Shown: in pieces, positions 16,849 to 29,800 of the stretch
Layout of the letters: each line of letters begins with the position of its first letter
Numbering within the stretch: the stretch's first letter is position 1
Assembly: GCA_964035545.1 (NCBI GenBank)
Contig: OZ037768.1
Location: 15,075,675-15,139,674 of the forward strand
Origin: Bugula neritina
Taxonomy: Eukaryota > Animalia > Bryozoa
DNA: 64,000 bases
Direction: 5' to 3'
The notes under the pieces: model-generated
The model's database searches: none
What the model was told of the DNA's origin: nothing
The model's input: the letters and a program-made list of their open reading frames with translations, nothing else
Position numbers and translations under genes: made by a program

Positions 16849-17714
16849 TATTTATGTAATGATGGTCACTCATATAGTGCGCGTCTCATTAACGATGACT
16901 GCGTGGTCCAGAGGTTAGAGGCGTCAGCGACGAGTTGGTTGGTCATGGTGCAACCCTGTTTTGTTGCAATTTTTTTTGTCAATTTATGCAAATCCTACGC
17001 ATGTATAATAAATATGGCTATAAGTGTAAAGTTTTTTTTTAACTTTTGTTCAACGGTAAGACAACATACACGCATAATAATTAGATACTGAACGCTGGAC
17101 TAAACCTTAAATTGATCTTATAGAATACAATGTACTTAAAATAATCATATGTGAATTAGAGAAACTGAAACTACACCTGCTGTGCTATAGACAGACCTTT
17201 ACTGACAAGACTGCAAAGTGAAGTGATTTAGCTGAAATTAACTCTGCCAAACAAACAAAGAATTATGTTGTGCTGAGGCATTTTCAATATATTATTGTAA
17301 CATAGTGAGATGATTCAGCTAAGTGGTAATGTAAAACAGGGAACATTATCTTGGCAGAAATCCAATAGATTGCCAATTTGTGCGAGAGGGTACTATATGT
17401 TATTGTGATAGCGCAGAGCGGCAAACGTACTAGGAATGTTATAATTAGTCACAGGAGCGTAGCTAGAACCACCATATGAAGAATTTAGAAAATTGCAGTG
17501 AAACTTGCAAAATGGTGTATGTTTTTACCAAATTGTGAAGAGCATAAACAGAATTTCAAAAAACAAAGAAAGTATATTAGAGAAAACATATCAAGGAATG
17601 TCAAGTTTAACTTTTAGACTTTATAAAATGAATCCCCTGTGCTACAGCAGTGGAACATGGAGGGTGTAAAATTTTACTTATTATGCAACAACTTTCTCAG
17701 AAAATTTTTTATTG

Positions 17715-17876
17715 AAAAATTAAAAAAGTATATGAAAGAGGAATGCAAGAGCTATCTTTTCATGTAAAATTTGTTAATGTGAGACAAAAACTGTTCGAGC
17801 TATCCCCTGGAAACCGTTTATATATAACATAAAGCAGTGCTTGAATCTGGAAAGTAATGACCTTAAACTAACTGTG
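17715..17876 (-). repeat. Right imperfect terminal inverted repeat (~160 bp)
   Basis: Reverse complements of the left boxes: AAAAAAGTATAT 17722-17733, TATCTTTTCAT 17753-17763, CTGTTCGAGCTATC 17791-17804, AACATAAAGCA 17826-17836, ATGACCTTAAACTAACTGTG 17857-17876. Confidence 0.88.
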
Positions 17877-20800
17877 CATACTGCAACATACCGAAATATA
17901 TGGTAACCTACTGAAATATGTTGCAAACGACTGAAATATACTGCAACAAACTGCAACATAATGAAATATACTGCAACATACTGAAAGATACTGCAACATA
18001 CTGAAATACACTATAGAATACCCAAAAATACTGCAACATACTGAAATATACTGCAAGATACTGCAAAATACTGAAATACATTGTAAGATACCTAAATACA
18101 CTGCAACATACTGCAACATACTGCAACATATTGAAATACACTGTAACATATTGAAAAACACTGCAACACATTGAAATATACCGCAACATACCGAAGTATA
18201 TGGTAGCCTACTGAAATATACTGCGACATACTGAAATACACTGTAACGTACTGAAATACACTGCAACATACTGAAATACACTGTAACATATTAAAATACA
18301 CTGCAACACACTGAAATATACTGAAACATACTGAAATATATGGTAACCCACTGAAATCTGTTGCAAACCACGGAAATATACTGCAACATACTGCAACATT
18401 ATGAATAATACTGCAACATACTGAAATATACTGCAAGATACTGCAACATACTGATACACATTGTAAGATACTGAAATACACTGCAACATACTGAAATATA
18501 CTGCAAGATACTGCAACATACTGAAACACATTGTAAGATACTGAAATACACTGCAACATACCGCAACATACTGCAACGTATTGAAATACACTGTAACATG
18601 TTGAAAAACACTGCAACACATTGAAATATACTGCAACATACTAAAACATACGGCAACATACTGAAATATACTGCGACACATTGAAATATAGTGCAACATA
18701 CTGAAATATGCTGTAGCATACTGAAATACACTGCAATACACTGAAGTATACTGTAATATACAGAAACGTACTGTAACATACTGAAACATACGGCAACTTA
18801 CTACAATATACTGTGACACATTGAAGTATACTGCAACATACTGAAATACACCGTAACATACTGAAATACACTGCAACATACTGAAATACACTGTAACATA
18901 TTGAAATACACTGCAACACACTGAAATATACTGAAACATACCGAAATATATGGTAACCTACTGAAATATGTTGCAAACCACTAAAACATACTGCATCATC
19001 CTGCAACAAAATGAAATACACTGTAACATATTGTAATACACTGCAACACACTGAAATATACTGAAACATACCGAAATATATGGTAACCTACTGAAATATG
19101 TTGCAAACCACTAAAACATACTGCATCATCCTGCAACAAAATGAAATATACGGTAACACTGAAGCATACTGCAATATACTGAAATATACTGTAACATACT
19201 AAGACATACTGCAACATACCAAAAATATGGTAACCTACTGAAATATGTTACAAACTACTGAAACATACTGCAACATACTGCAACATAATGAAATATACTG
19301 CAACATACTGAAAGATACTGCAACATACTGAAATACACTATAGAATACCCAAATATACTGCAACATACTGAAATATACTGCAAGATACTGCAAAATACTG
19401 AAATACATTGTAAGATACCTAAATACACTGCAACATACTGCAACATACTGCAACATATTGAAATACACTGTAACATATTGAAAAACACTGCAACACATTG
19501 AAATATACAGCAACATACCGAATTATATGGTAGCCTACTGAAATATACTGCGACATACTGAAATACACTGTAACGTACTGAAATACACTGCAACATACTG
19601 AAATACACTGTAACATATTAAAATACACTGCAACACACTGAAATATACTGAAACATACTGAAATATATGGTAACCCACTGAAATCTGTTGCAAACCACTG
19701 AAATATACTGCAACATACTGCAACATAATGAATAATACTGCAACATACTGAAATATACTGCAAGATACGGCAACATACTGATACACATTGTAAGATACTG
19801 AAATACACTGCAACATACTGAAATATACTGCAAGATACTGCAACATACTGAAACACATTGTAAGATACTGAAATACACTGCAACATACCGCAACATACTG
19901 CAACATATTGAAATACACTGTAACATGTTGAAAAACACTGCAACACATTGAAATATACTGCAACATACTAAAACATACGGCAACATACTGAAATATACTG
20001 CGACACATTGAAATATAGTGCAACATACTGAAATATGCTGTAGCATACTGAAATACACTGCAATTCACTGAAATATACTGTAATATACAGAAACGTACTG
20101 TAACATACTGAAACATACGGCAACATACTAAAATATACTGCGACACATTGAAATATACTGCAGCAAACTGAAATACACCGTAACACATTGAAATACACTG
20201 CAACACAGGGAATTATACTGAAATACATTGTAAGATATGGAAACACACTGCAACATACTGCAACATAATGAAATATATGGTAACCTACTGAAATATGTTG
20301 AAAACTACTGAAACATACTGCAACATTATGCAACATAATGAAAGATACTGCAATATACTGAAATAAACTGAGATACTGCAACATACTGAAATACACTGTA
20401 ACCTACTGAAATACACTGCAACACATTGAAATATTCCGCAACATACCGAAATATAAGGTAAGCTAATGAGTTATACTGTAACACTTTGAAGTACACTGCA
20501 ACATACTGAAATACACTGCGACACACTAAATTATACTGTAATTTACAGAAATGTACTGCAACATACTGAAATATACTGCAAGATACTGCAACATACTGAA
20601 ATACACTGTAACATACTGAAATACACTGCAACATACTGAAATATACTGCATGATACTGCAACATACTGATACACATTGTAAGATACTGAAATGCACTGCA
20701 ACATACTGAAATATACTGCATGATACTGCAACATATTCATACACATTGTAAGATACTGAAATACACTGCAACATACCGCAACATACTGCAACGTATTGAA

Positions 20801-23800
20801 ATACACTGTAACATATTGAAAAACACTGCAACACATTGAAACATACTGCAACATACTGAAACATACGGCAACATACTGAAATATACTGCGACACATTGAA
20901 ATATAGTGCAACATACTGAAATATGCTGTAGCATACTGAAATACACTGCAATACACTGAAGTATACTGTAATATACAGAAACGTACTGTAACATACTGAA
21001 ACATACGGCAACATACTACAATATACTGTGACACATTGAAATATACTGCAACATACTGAAATACACCGTAACATACTGAAACACACTGCAACATACTGAA
21101 ATACACTGTAACATATTGAAATACACTGCAACACACTGAAATATACTGAAACATACCGAAATATATGGTAACCTACTGAAATATGTTGCAAACCACTAAA
21201 ACATACTGCATCATCCTGCAACAAAATGAAATATACGGTAACACTGAAGCATACTGCAATATACTGACATATACTGTAACATACTAAGACATACTGCAAC
21301 ATACCGAAAAATATGGTAACCTACTGAAATATGTTACAAACTACTGAAACATACTGCAACATACTGCAACATAATGAAATATACTGCAACATACTGAAAG
21401 ATACTGCAACATACTGAAATATACTGCAAGATACTGAAAAATACTGAAATACATTGTAAGATACCTAAATACACTGCAACATACTGCAACATATTAAATA
21501 CACTGTAACATATTGAAAAACACTGCAACACATTGAAATATACCGCAACATACCGAAGTATATGGTAGCCTACTGAAATATACTGCGACATACTGAAATA
21601 CACTGTGACGTACTGAAATACACTGCAACATACTGAAATACACTGTAACATATTAAAATACACTGCAACACACTGAAATATACTGAAACATACCGAAATA
21701 TATGGTAACCCACTGAAATCTGTTGCAAACCACTGAAATATACTGCAACATACTGCAACATAATGAAGTATACTGCAACATACTGAAATATACTGCAAGA
21801 TACTGCAACATACTGATACAGATTGTAAGATACTGAAATACACTGCAACATACCGCAACATACTGCAACGTATTGAAAAACACTGTAACATATTGAAAAA
21901 CACTGCAACACATTGAAATATACTGCAACATACTGAAACATACGGCAACATACTGAAATATACTGCGACACATTGAAATATAGTGCAACATACTGAAATA
22001 TGCTGTAGCATACTGAAATACACTGCAATTCACTGAAATATACTGTAATATACAGAAACGTACTGTAACATACTGAAACATACGGCAACATACTAAAATG
22101 TACTGCGACACATTGAAATATACTGCAACATACTGAAATACACCGTAACATACTAAACTCCACTTCAACATTCTGAAATACACTGTAACACATTGAAATA
22201 CACTGCAACACATTGAATTATACTGAAATACATTGTAAGATACTGAAATACACTGCAAGATACTGCAACATAATGGAATATATGGTAACCTACTGAAATA
22301 TGTTGAAAACTACTGAAATATACTGCAACATAATGCAACATAATGAAAGATACTGCAACATACTGAAAAAAACTGCAAGATACTGCAACATACTGAAATA
22401 CACTGCAACACACTGAAGTATACTGTAATATACAGAAATGTACTGTAAAATACTGAAATATACTTCATTATACTGAAAATACCTAAAAACATTGAAACAT
22501 ACTGATATACACTGAAACATACTGAAATACACTGCAACACATTGGAATATACTGCAACATACCGAAATATATGGTAACCTACTGAAGTATGTTGCAAACT
22601 ACTGAAATATACTGCAACATACTGAAATACGCCGTAACATACTGAAATACACTGCAACATACTGAAATACATCGTAACAAATTGAAATATAATGCAACAC
22701 ACTGAAATATACTGAAACATACCGAAATATATGGTAACCTACTGAAATATGTTGCAAACCACTGAAACATACTGCATCATCCTGCAACAAAATGAAAAAT
22801 ACAGTAACACTGAAGCATACTGCAATAGACTGAAATATACTGTAACATACTGAGACATACTGCAACATACCGAAATATATGGTAACCTACTGAAATATGT
22901 TGCAAACGACTGAAATATACTGCAACATATTGAAGTATACTGCAACATACTGAAATATACTGCAAGATACTGCAACATACTGAAATACACTGTAACATAC
23001 TGAAATACACTGCAAGATACCGAAATATACTTCAAGATACTGCAACATACTGAAACACATTGTAAGATACTGAAATACACTGCAACATACCGCAGCAAAC
23101 TGCAACGTATTGAAATACACTGTAACATACTGAAAAACACTGCAACATATTGAAATATACTGCAACATACTAAAACATACGGCAACATACTGAAATATAC
23201 TGCGACACATTGAAATATAGTGCAACATACTGAAATATGCTGTAGCATACTGAAATACACTGCAATACACTGAAGTATACTGTAATATACAGAAATGTAC
23301 TGTAACATACTGAAACATACGGCAACATACTAAAATATACTGCGACACATTGAAATATACTGCAATATACTGAAATACACCGTAACATACTAAACTCCAC
23401 TGCAACATTCTGAAATACACTGTAACACATTGAAATACACTGCAACACAGTGAATTATACTGAAATACATTGTAAGATACGGAAACACGCTGCAACATAC
23501 TGCAACATAATGAAATATATGGTAACCTACTGAAATATGTTGAAAACTACTGAAATATACTGCAACATTATGCAACATAATGAAAGATACTGCATTATAC
23601 TGAAAGAAACTGCAAGATACTGCAGCATACTGAAATACACTGTAACATACTGAAATACACTGTAACATATTGAAATACACTGCGACATACTGCAACATAC
23701 TGAAAAACGCTGTAACATATTGAAATACACTGCAACACATTGAAATATTCTGCAACATACCGAAATATATGGTAACCTAATGATGTATACTGTAACACGT

Positions 23801-26800
23801 TGAAGTACACTGCAACATACTGAAATACACTGCAACACACTAAATTATACTGTAATTTACAGAAATGTACTGCAACATACTGAAATATACTGCAAGATAC
23901 TGCAACATACTGAAATACACTGTAACATACTGAAATACACTGCAACATCCTGAAATATACTGCATGATACTGCAATATACTGGAACACATTGTAAGATAC
24001 TGAAATGCACTGCAACATACTGAAATATACTGCATGATACTGCAACATACTCATACACATTGTAAGATACTGAAATACACTGCAACATACCGCAACATAC
24101 TGCAACACATTGAAATATACTGCAACATACTAAAACATACGGCAACATACTGAAATATACTGCGACACATTGAAATATAGTGCAACATACTGAAATATGC
24201 TGTAGCATACTGAAATACACTGCAAAACACTGAAGTAAACTGTAATATACAGAAACGTACTGTAACATACTGAAACATACGGCAACATACTAAAATATAC
24301 TGCGACACATTGAAATATACTGCAACATACTGAAATACACCGTAACATACTGAAATACACTGCAACATACTGAAATACGCCGTAACATACTGAAATACAC
24401 TGCAACATACTGAAATACACTGTAACAAATTGAAATACACTGAAACACACTGAAATATGCTGAAACATACCGAAATATATGGTAACCTACTGAAATATGT
24501 TGCAAACCACTGAAACATACTGCATCATCTTGCAACGAAAGGAAATATACGGTAACGCTGAAGCATACTGCAATATACTGAAATATACTGTAACATACTA
24601 AGACATACTGCAACATACCGAAATATATGGTAACCTACTGAAATATGTTGCAAACGACTAAAATATACTGCAACATACTGCAACATAATGAAATATACTG
24701 CAACATACTGAAAGATACTGCAACATACTGAAATACACTATAGAATACCCAAAAAAACTGCAACATACTGAAATATACTGCAAGATACTGCAAAATACTG
24801 AAATACATTGTGAGATACCTAAATACACTGCAACATACTGCAACATACTGCAACATATTGAAATACACTGTAACATATTGAAAAACACTGCAACACATTG
24901 AAATATACCGCAACATACCGAAGTATATGGTAGCCTACTGAAATATACTGCGACATACTGAAATACACTGTAACGCACTGAAATACACTGCAACATACTG
25001 AAATACACTGTAACATATTAAAATACACTGCAACACACTGAAATATACTGAAACATACTGAAATATATGGTAACCCACTGAAATCTGTTGCAAACCACGG
25101 AAATATACTGCAACATACTGCAACATTATGAATAATACTGCAACATACTGAAATATACTGCAAGATACTGCAACATACTGATACATATTGTAAGATACTG
25201 AAATACACTGCAACATACTGAAATATACTGCAAGATACTGCAACATACTGAAACACATTGTAAGATACTGAAGTACACTGCAACATACCGCAACATACTG
25301 CAACGTATTGAAATACACTGTAACATGTTGAAAAACACTGCAACACATTGAAATATACTGCAACATACTAAAACATACGGCAACATACTGAAATATACTG
25401 CGACACATTGAAATATAGTGCAACATACTGAAATATGCTGTAGCATACTGAAATACACTGCAATACACTGAAGTATACTGTAATATACAGAAACGTACTG
25501 TAACATACTGAAACATACGGCAACTTACTACAATATACTGTGACACATTGAAGTATACTGCAACATACTGAAAGACACCGTAACATACTGAAATACACTG
25601 CAACATACTGAAATACACTGTAACATATTGAAATACACTGCAACACACTGAAATATACTGAAACATACCGAAATATATGGTAACCTACTGAAATATGTTG
25701 CAAACCACTAAAACATACTGCATCATCCTGCAACAAAATGAAATACACTGTAACATATTGTAATACACTGCAACACACTGAAATATACTGAAACATACCG
25801 AAATATATGGTAACCTACTGAAATATGTTGCAAACCACTAAAACATACTGCATCATCCTGCAACAAAATGAAATATACGGTAACACTGAAGCATACTGCA
25901 ATATACTGAAATATACTGTAACATACTAAGACATACTGCAACATACCAAAAATATGGTAACCTACTGAAATATGTTACAAACTACTGAAACATACTGCAA
26001 CATACTGCGACATAATGAAATATACTGCAACATACTGAAAGATACTGCAACATACTGAAATACACTATAGAATACCCAAATATACTGCAACATACTGAAA
26101 TATACTGCAAGATACTGCAAAATACTGAAATACATTGTAAGATACCTAAATACACTGCAACATACTGCAACATACTGCAACATATTGAAATACACTGTAA
26201 CATATTGAAAAACACTGCAACACATTGAAATATACAGCAACATACCGAATTATATGGTAGCCTACTGAAATATACTGCGACATACTGAAATACACTGTAA
26301 CGTACTGAAATACACTGCAACATACTGAAATACACTGTAACATATTAAAATACACTGCAACACACTGAAATATACTGAAACATACCGAAATATATGGTAA
26401 CCCACTGAAATCTGTTGCAAACCACTGAAATATACTGCAACATACTGCAACATAATGAATAATACTGCAACATACTGAAATATACTGCAAGATACTGCAA
26501 CATACTGATACACATTGTAAGATACTGAAATACACTGCAACATACTGAAATATACTGCAAGATACTGCAACATACTGAAACACATTGTAAGATACTGAAA
26601 TACACTGCAACATACCGCAACATACTGCAACGTATTGAAATACACTGTAACATGTTGAAAAACACTGCAACACATTGAAATATACTGCAACATACTAAAA
26701 CATACGGCAACATACTGAAATATACTGCGACACATTGAAATATAGTGCAACATACTGAAATATGCTGTAGGATACTGAAATACACTGCAATTCACTGAAA

Positions 26801-26899
26801 TATACTGTAATATACAGAAACGTACTGTAACATACTGAAACATACGGCAACATACTAAAATATACTGCGACACATTGAAATATACTGCAGCATACTGAA

Positions 26900-29800
26900 A
26901 TACACCGTAACACATTGAAATACACTGCAACACAGGGAATTATACTGAAATACATTGTAAGATATAGAAACACACTGCAACATACTGCAACATAATGAAA
27001 TATATGGTAACCTACTGAAATATGTTGAAAACTACTGAAACATACTGCAACATTATGCAACATAATGAAAGATACTGCAATATACTGAAATAAACTGCAA
27101 GATACTGCAACATACTGAAATACACTGTAACCTACTGAAATACACTGTAACGTATTGAAATACACTGCGACATACTGCAACATACTGAAAAACGCTGTAA
27201 CATATTGAAATACACTGCAACACATTGAAATATTCCGCAACATACCGAAATATAAGGTAAGCTAATGAGTTATACTGTAACACGTTGAAGTACACTGCAA
27301 CATACTGAAATACACTGCGACACACTAAATTATACTGTAATTTACAGAAATGTACTGCAACATACTGAAATATACTGCAAGATACTGCAACATACTGAAA
27401 TACACTGTAACATACTGAAATACACTGCAACATACTGAAATATACTGCATGATACTGCAACATACTGATACACATTGTAAGATACTGAAATGCACTGCAA
27501 CATACTGAAATATACTGCATGATACTGCAACATATTCATACACATTGTAAGATACTGAAATACACTGCAACATACCGCAACATACTGCAACGTATTGAAA
27601 TACACTGTAACATATTGAAAGACACTGCAACACATTGAAACATACTGCAACATACTGAAACATACGGCAACATACTGAAATATACTGCGACACATTGAAA
27701 TATAGTGCAACATACTGAAATATGCTGTAGCATACTGAAATACACTGCAATACACTGAAGTATACTGTAATATACAGAAACGTACTGTAACATACTGAAA
27801 CATACGGCAACATACTACAATATACTGTGACACATTGAAATATACTGCAACATACTGAAATACACCGTAACATACTGAAACCCACTGCAACATACTGAAA
27901 TACACTGTAACATATTGAAATACACTGCAACACACTGAAATATACTGAAACATACCGAAATATATGGTAACCTACTGAAATATGTTGCAAACCACTAAAA
28001 CATACTGCATCATCCTGCAACAAAATGAAATATACGGTAACACTGAAGCATACTGCAATATACTGACATATACTGTAACATACTAAGACATACTGCAACA
28101 TACCGAAAAATATGGTAACCTACTGAAATATGTTACAAACTACTGAAACATACTGCAACATACTGCAACATAATGAAATATACTGCAACATACTGAAAGA
28201 TACTGCAACATACTGAAATATACTGCAAGATACTGAAAAATACTGAAATACATTGTAAGATACCTAAATACACTGCAACATACTGCAACATATTGAAATA
28301 CACTGTAACATATTGAAAAACACTGCAACACATTGAAATATACCGCAACATACCGAAGTATATGGTAGCCTACTGAAATATACTGCGACATACTGAAATA
28401 CACTGTAACGTACTGAAATACACTGCAACATACTGAAATACACTGTAACATATTAAAATACACTGCAACACACTGAAATATACTGAAACATACTGCAACA
28501 TAATGAAGTATACTGCAACATACTGAAATATACTGCAAGATACTGCAACATACTGATACAGATTGTAAGATACTGAAATACACTGCAACATACCGCAACA
28601 TACTGCAACGTATTGAAAAACACTGTAACATATTGAAAAACACTGCAACACATTGAAATATACTGCAACATACTGAAACATACGGCAACATACTGAAATA
28701 TACTGCGACACATTGAAATATAGTGCAACATACTGAAATATGCTGTAGCATACTGAAATACACTGCAATTCACTGAAATATACTGTAATATACAGAAACG
28801 TACTGTAACATACTGAAACATACGGCAACATACTAAAATGTACTGCGACACATTGAAATATACTGCAACATACTGAAATACACCGTAACATACTAAACTC
28901 CACTTCAACATTCTGAAATACACTGTAACACATTGAAATACACTGCAACACATTGAATTATACTGAAATACATTGTAAGATACTGAAATACACTGCAAGA
29001 TACTGCAACATAATGGAATATATGGTAACCTACTGAAATATGTTGAAAACTACTGAAATATACTGCAACATAATGCAACATAATGAAAGATACTGCAACA
29101 TACTGAAATAAACTGCAAGATACTGCAACATACTGAAATACACTGCAACACACTGAAGTATACTGTAATATACAGAAATGTACTGTAAAATACTGAAATA
29201 TACTTCATTATACTGAAAATACCTAAAAACATTGAAACATACTGATATACACTGAAACATACTGAAATACACTGCAACACATTGGAATATACTGCAACAT
29301 ACCGAAATATATGGTAACCTACTGAAGTATGTTGCAAACTACTGAAATATACTGCAACATACTGAAATACGCCGTAACATACTGAAATACACTGCAACAT
29401 ACTGAGATACATCGTAACAAATTGAAATACACTGCAATACACTGAAATATACTGAAACATACCGAAATATATGGTAACCTACTGAAATATGTTGCAAACC
29501 ACTGAAACATACTGCATCATCCTGCAACAAAGTGAAAAATACGGTAACACTGAAGCATACTGCAATATACTGAAATATACTGTAACATACTGAGACATAC
29601 TGCAACATACCGAAATATATGGTAACCTACTGAAATATGTTGCATACGACTGAAATATACTGCAACATATTGAAGTATACTGCAACATACTGAAAAATAC
29701 TGCAAGATACTGCAACATACTGAAATACACTGTAACATACTGAAATACACTGCAAGATACTGAATCATACTGCAAGATACTGCAACATACTGAAACACAT

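Larger units (their letters stand above)
15311..17876. mobile_element. Non-autonomous TIR DNA transposon, 2566 bp, probably CMC group (EnSpm/CACTA-like: CAC...GTG ends, 2-bp TSD)
   Basis: Left end CACAGTTGGTTTAAGGTCAT; reverse complement of right end CACAGTTAGTTTAAGGTCAT (19/20). Flanks read TAAGA-CA[element]CA-TACTGC versus the empty site TAAGA-CA-TACTGC at 24599-24611. No long ORF inside. Superfamily is inferred from termini and TSD only. Confidence 0.9.
11300..29600. repeat. HOR domain with ~6.7-6.8 kb period
   Basis: Near-identical ORF-track entries recur at 18208/24935, 18996/25723, 19235/25962 (offset 6727), 13444/22739 and 14545/23840 (9295, including the transposon), and 21653/28453 (6800). 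Boundaries approximate. Confidence 0.85.

Noticed and set aside
16837-17091. 84-aa plus-strand ORF inside the transposon as a transposase or cargo gene
   Set aside because: Short, begins at TTG rather than ATG, and has no DDE, zinc-finger or other recognisable motif. A spliced or decayed remnant cannot be excluded without BLASTX.
15240-17959. ORFs crossing the transposon-satellite junctions (14995-15339 and 17774-17959) as chimeric genes
   Set aside because: They are stop-free satellite frames running a few codons into TIR sequence, with no coding evidence.
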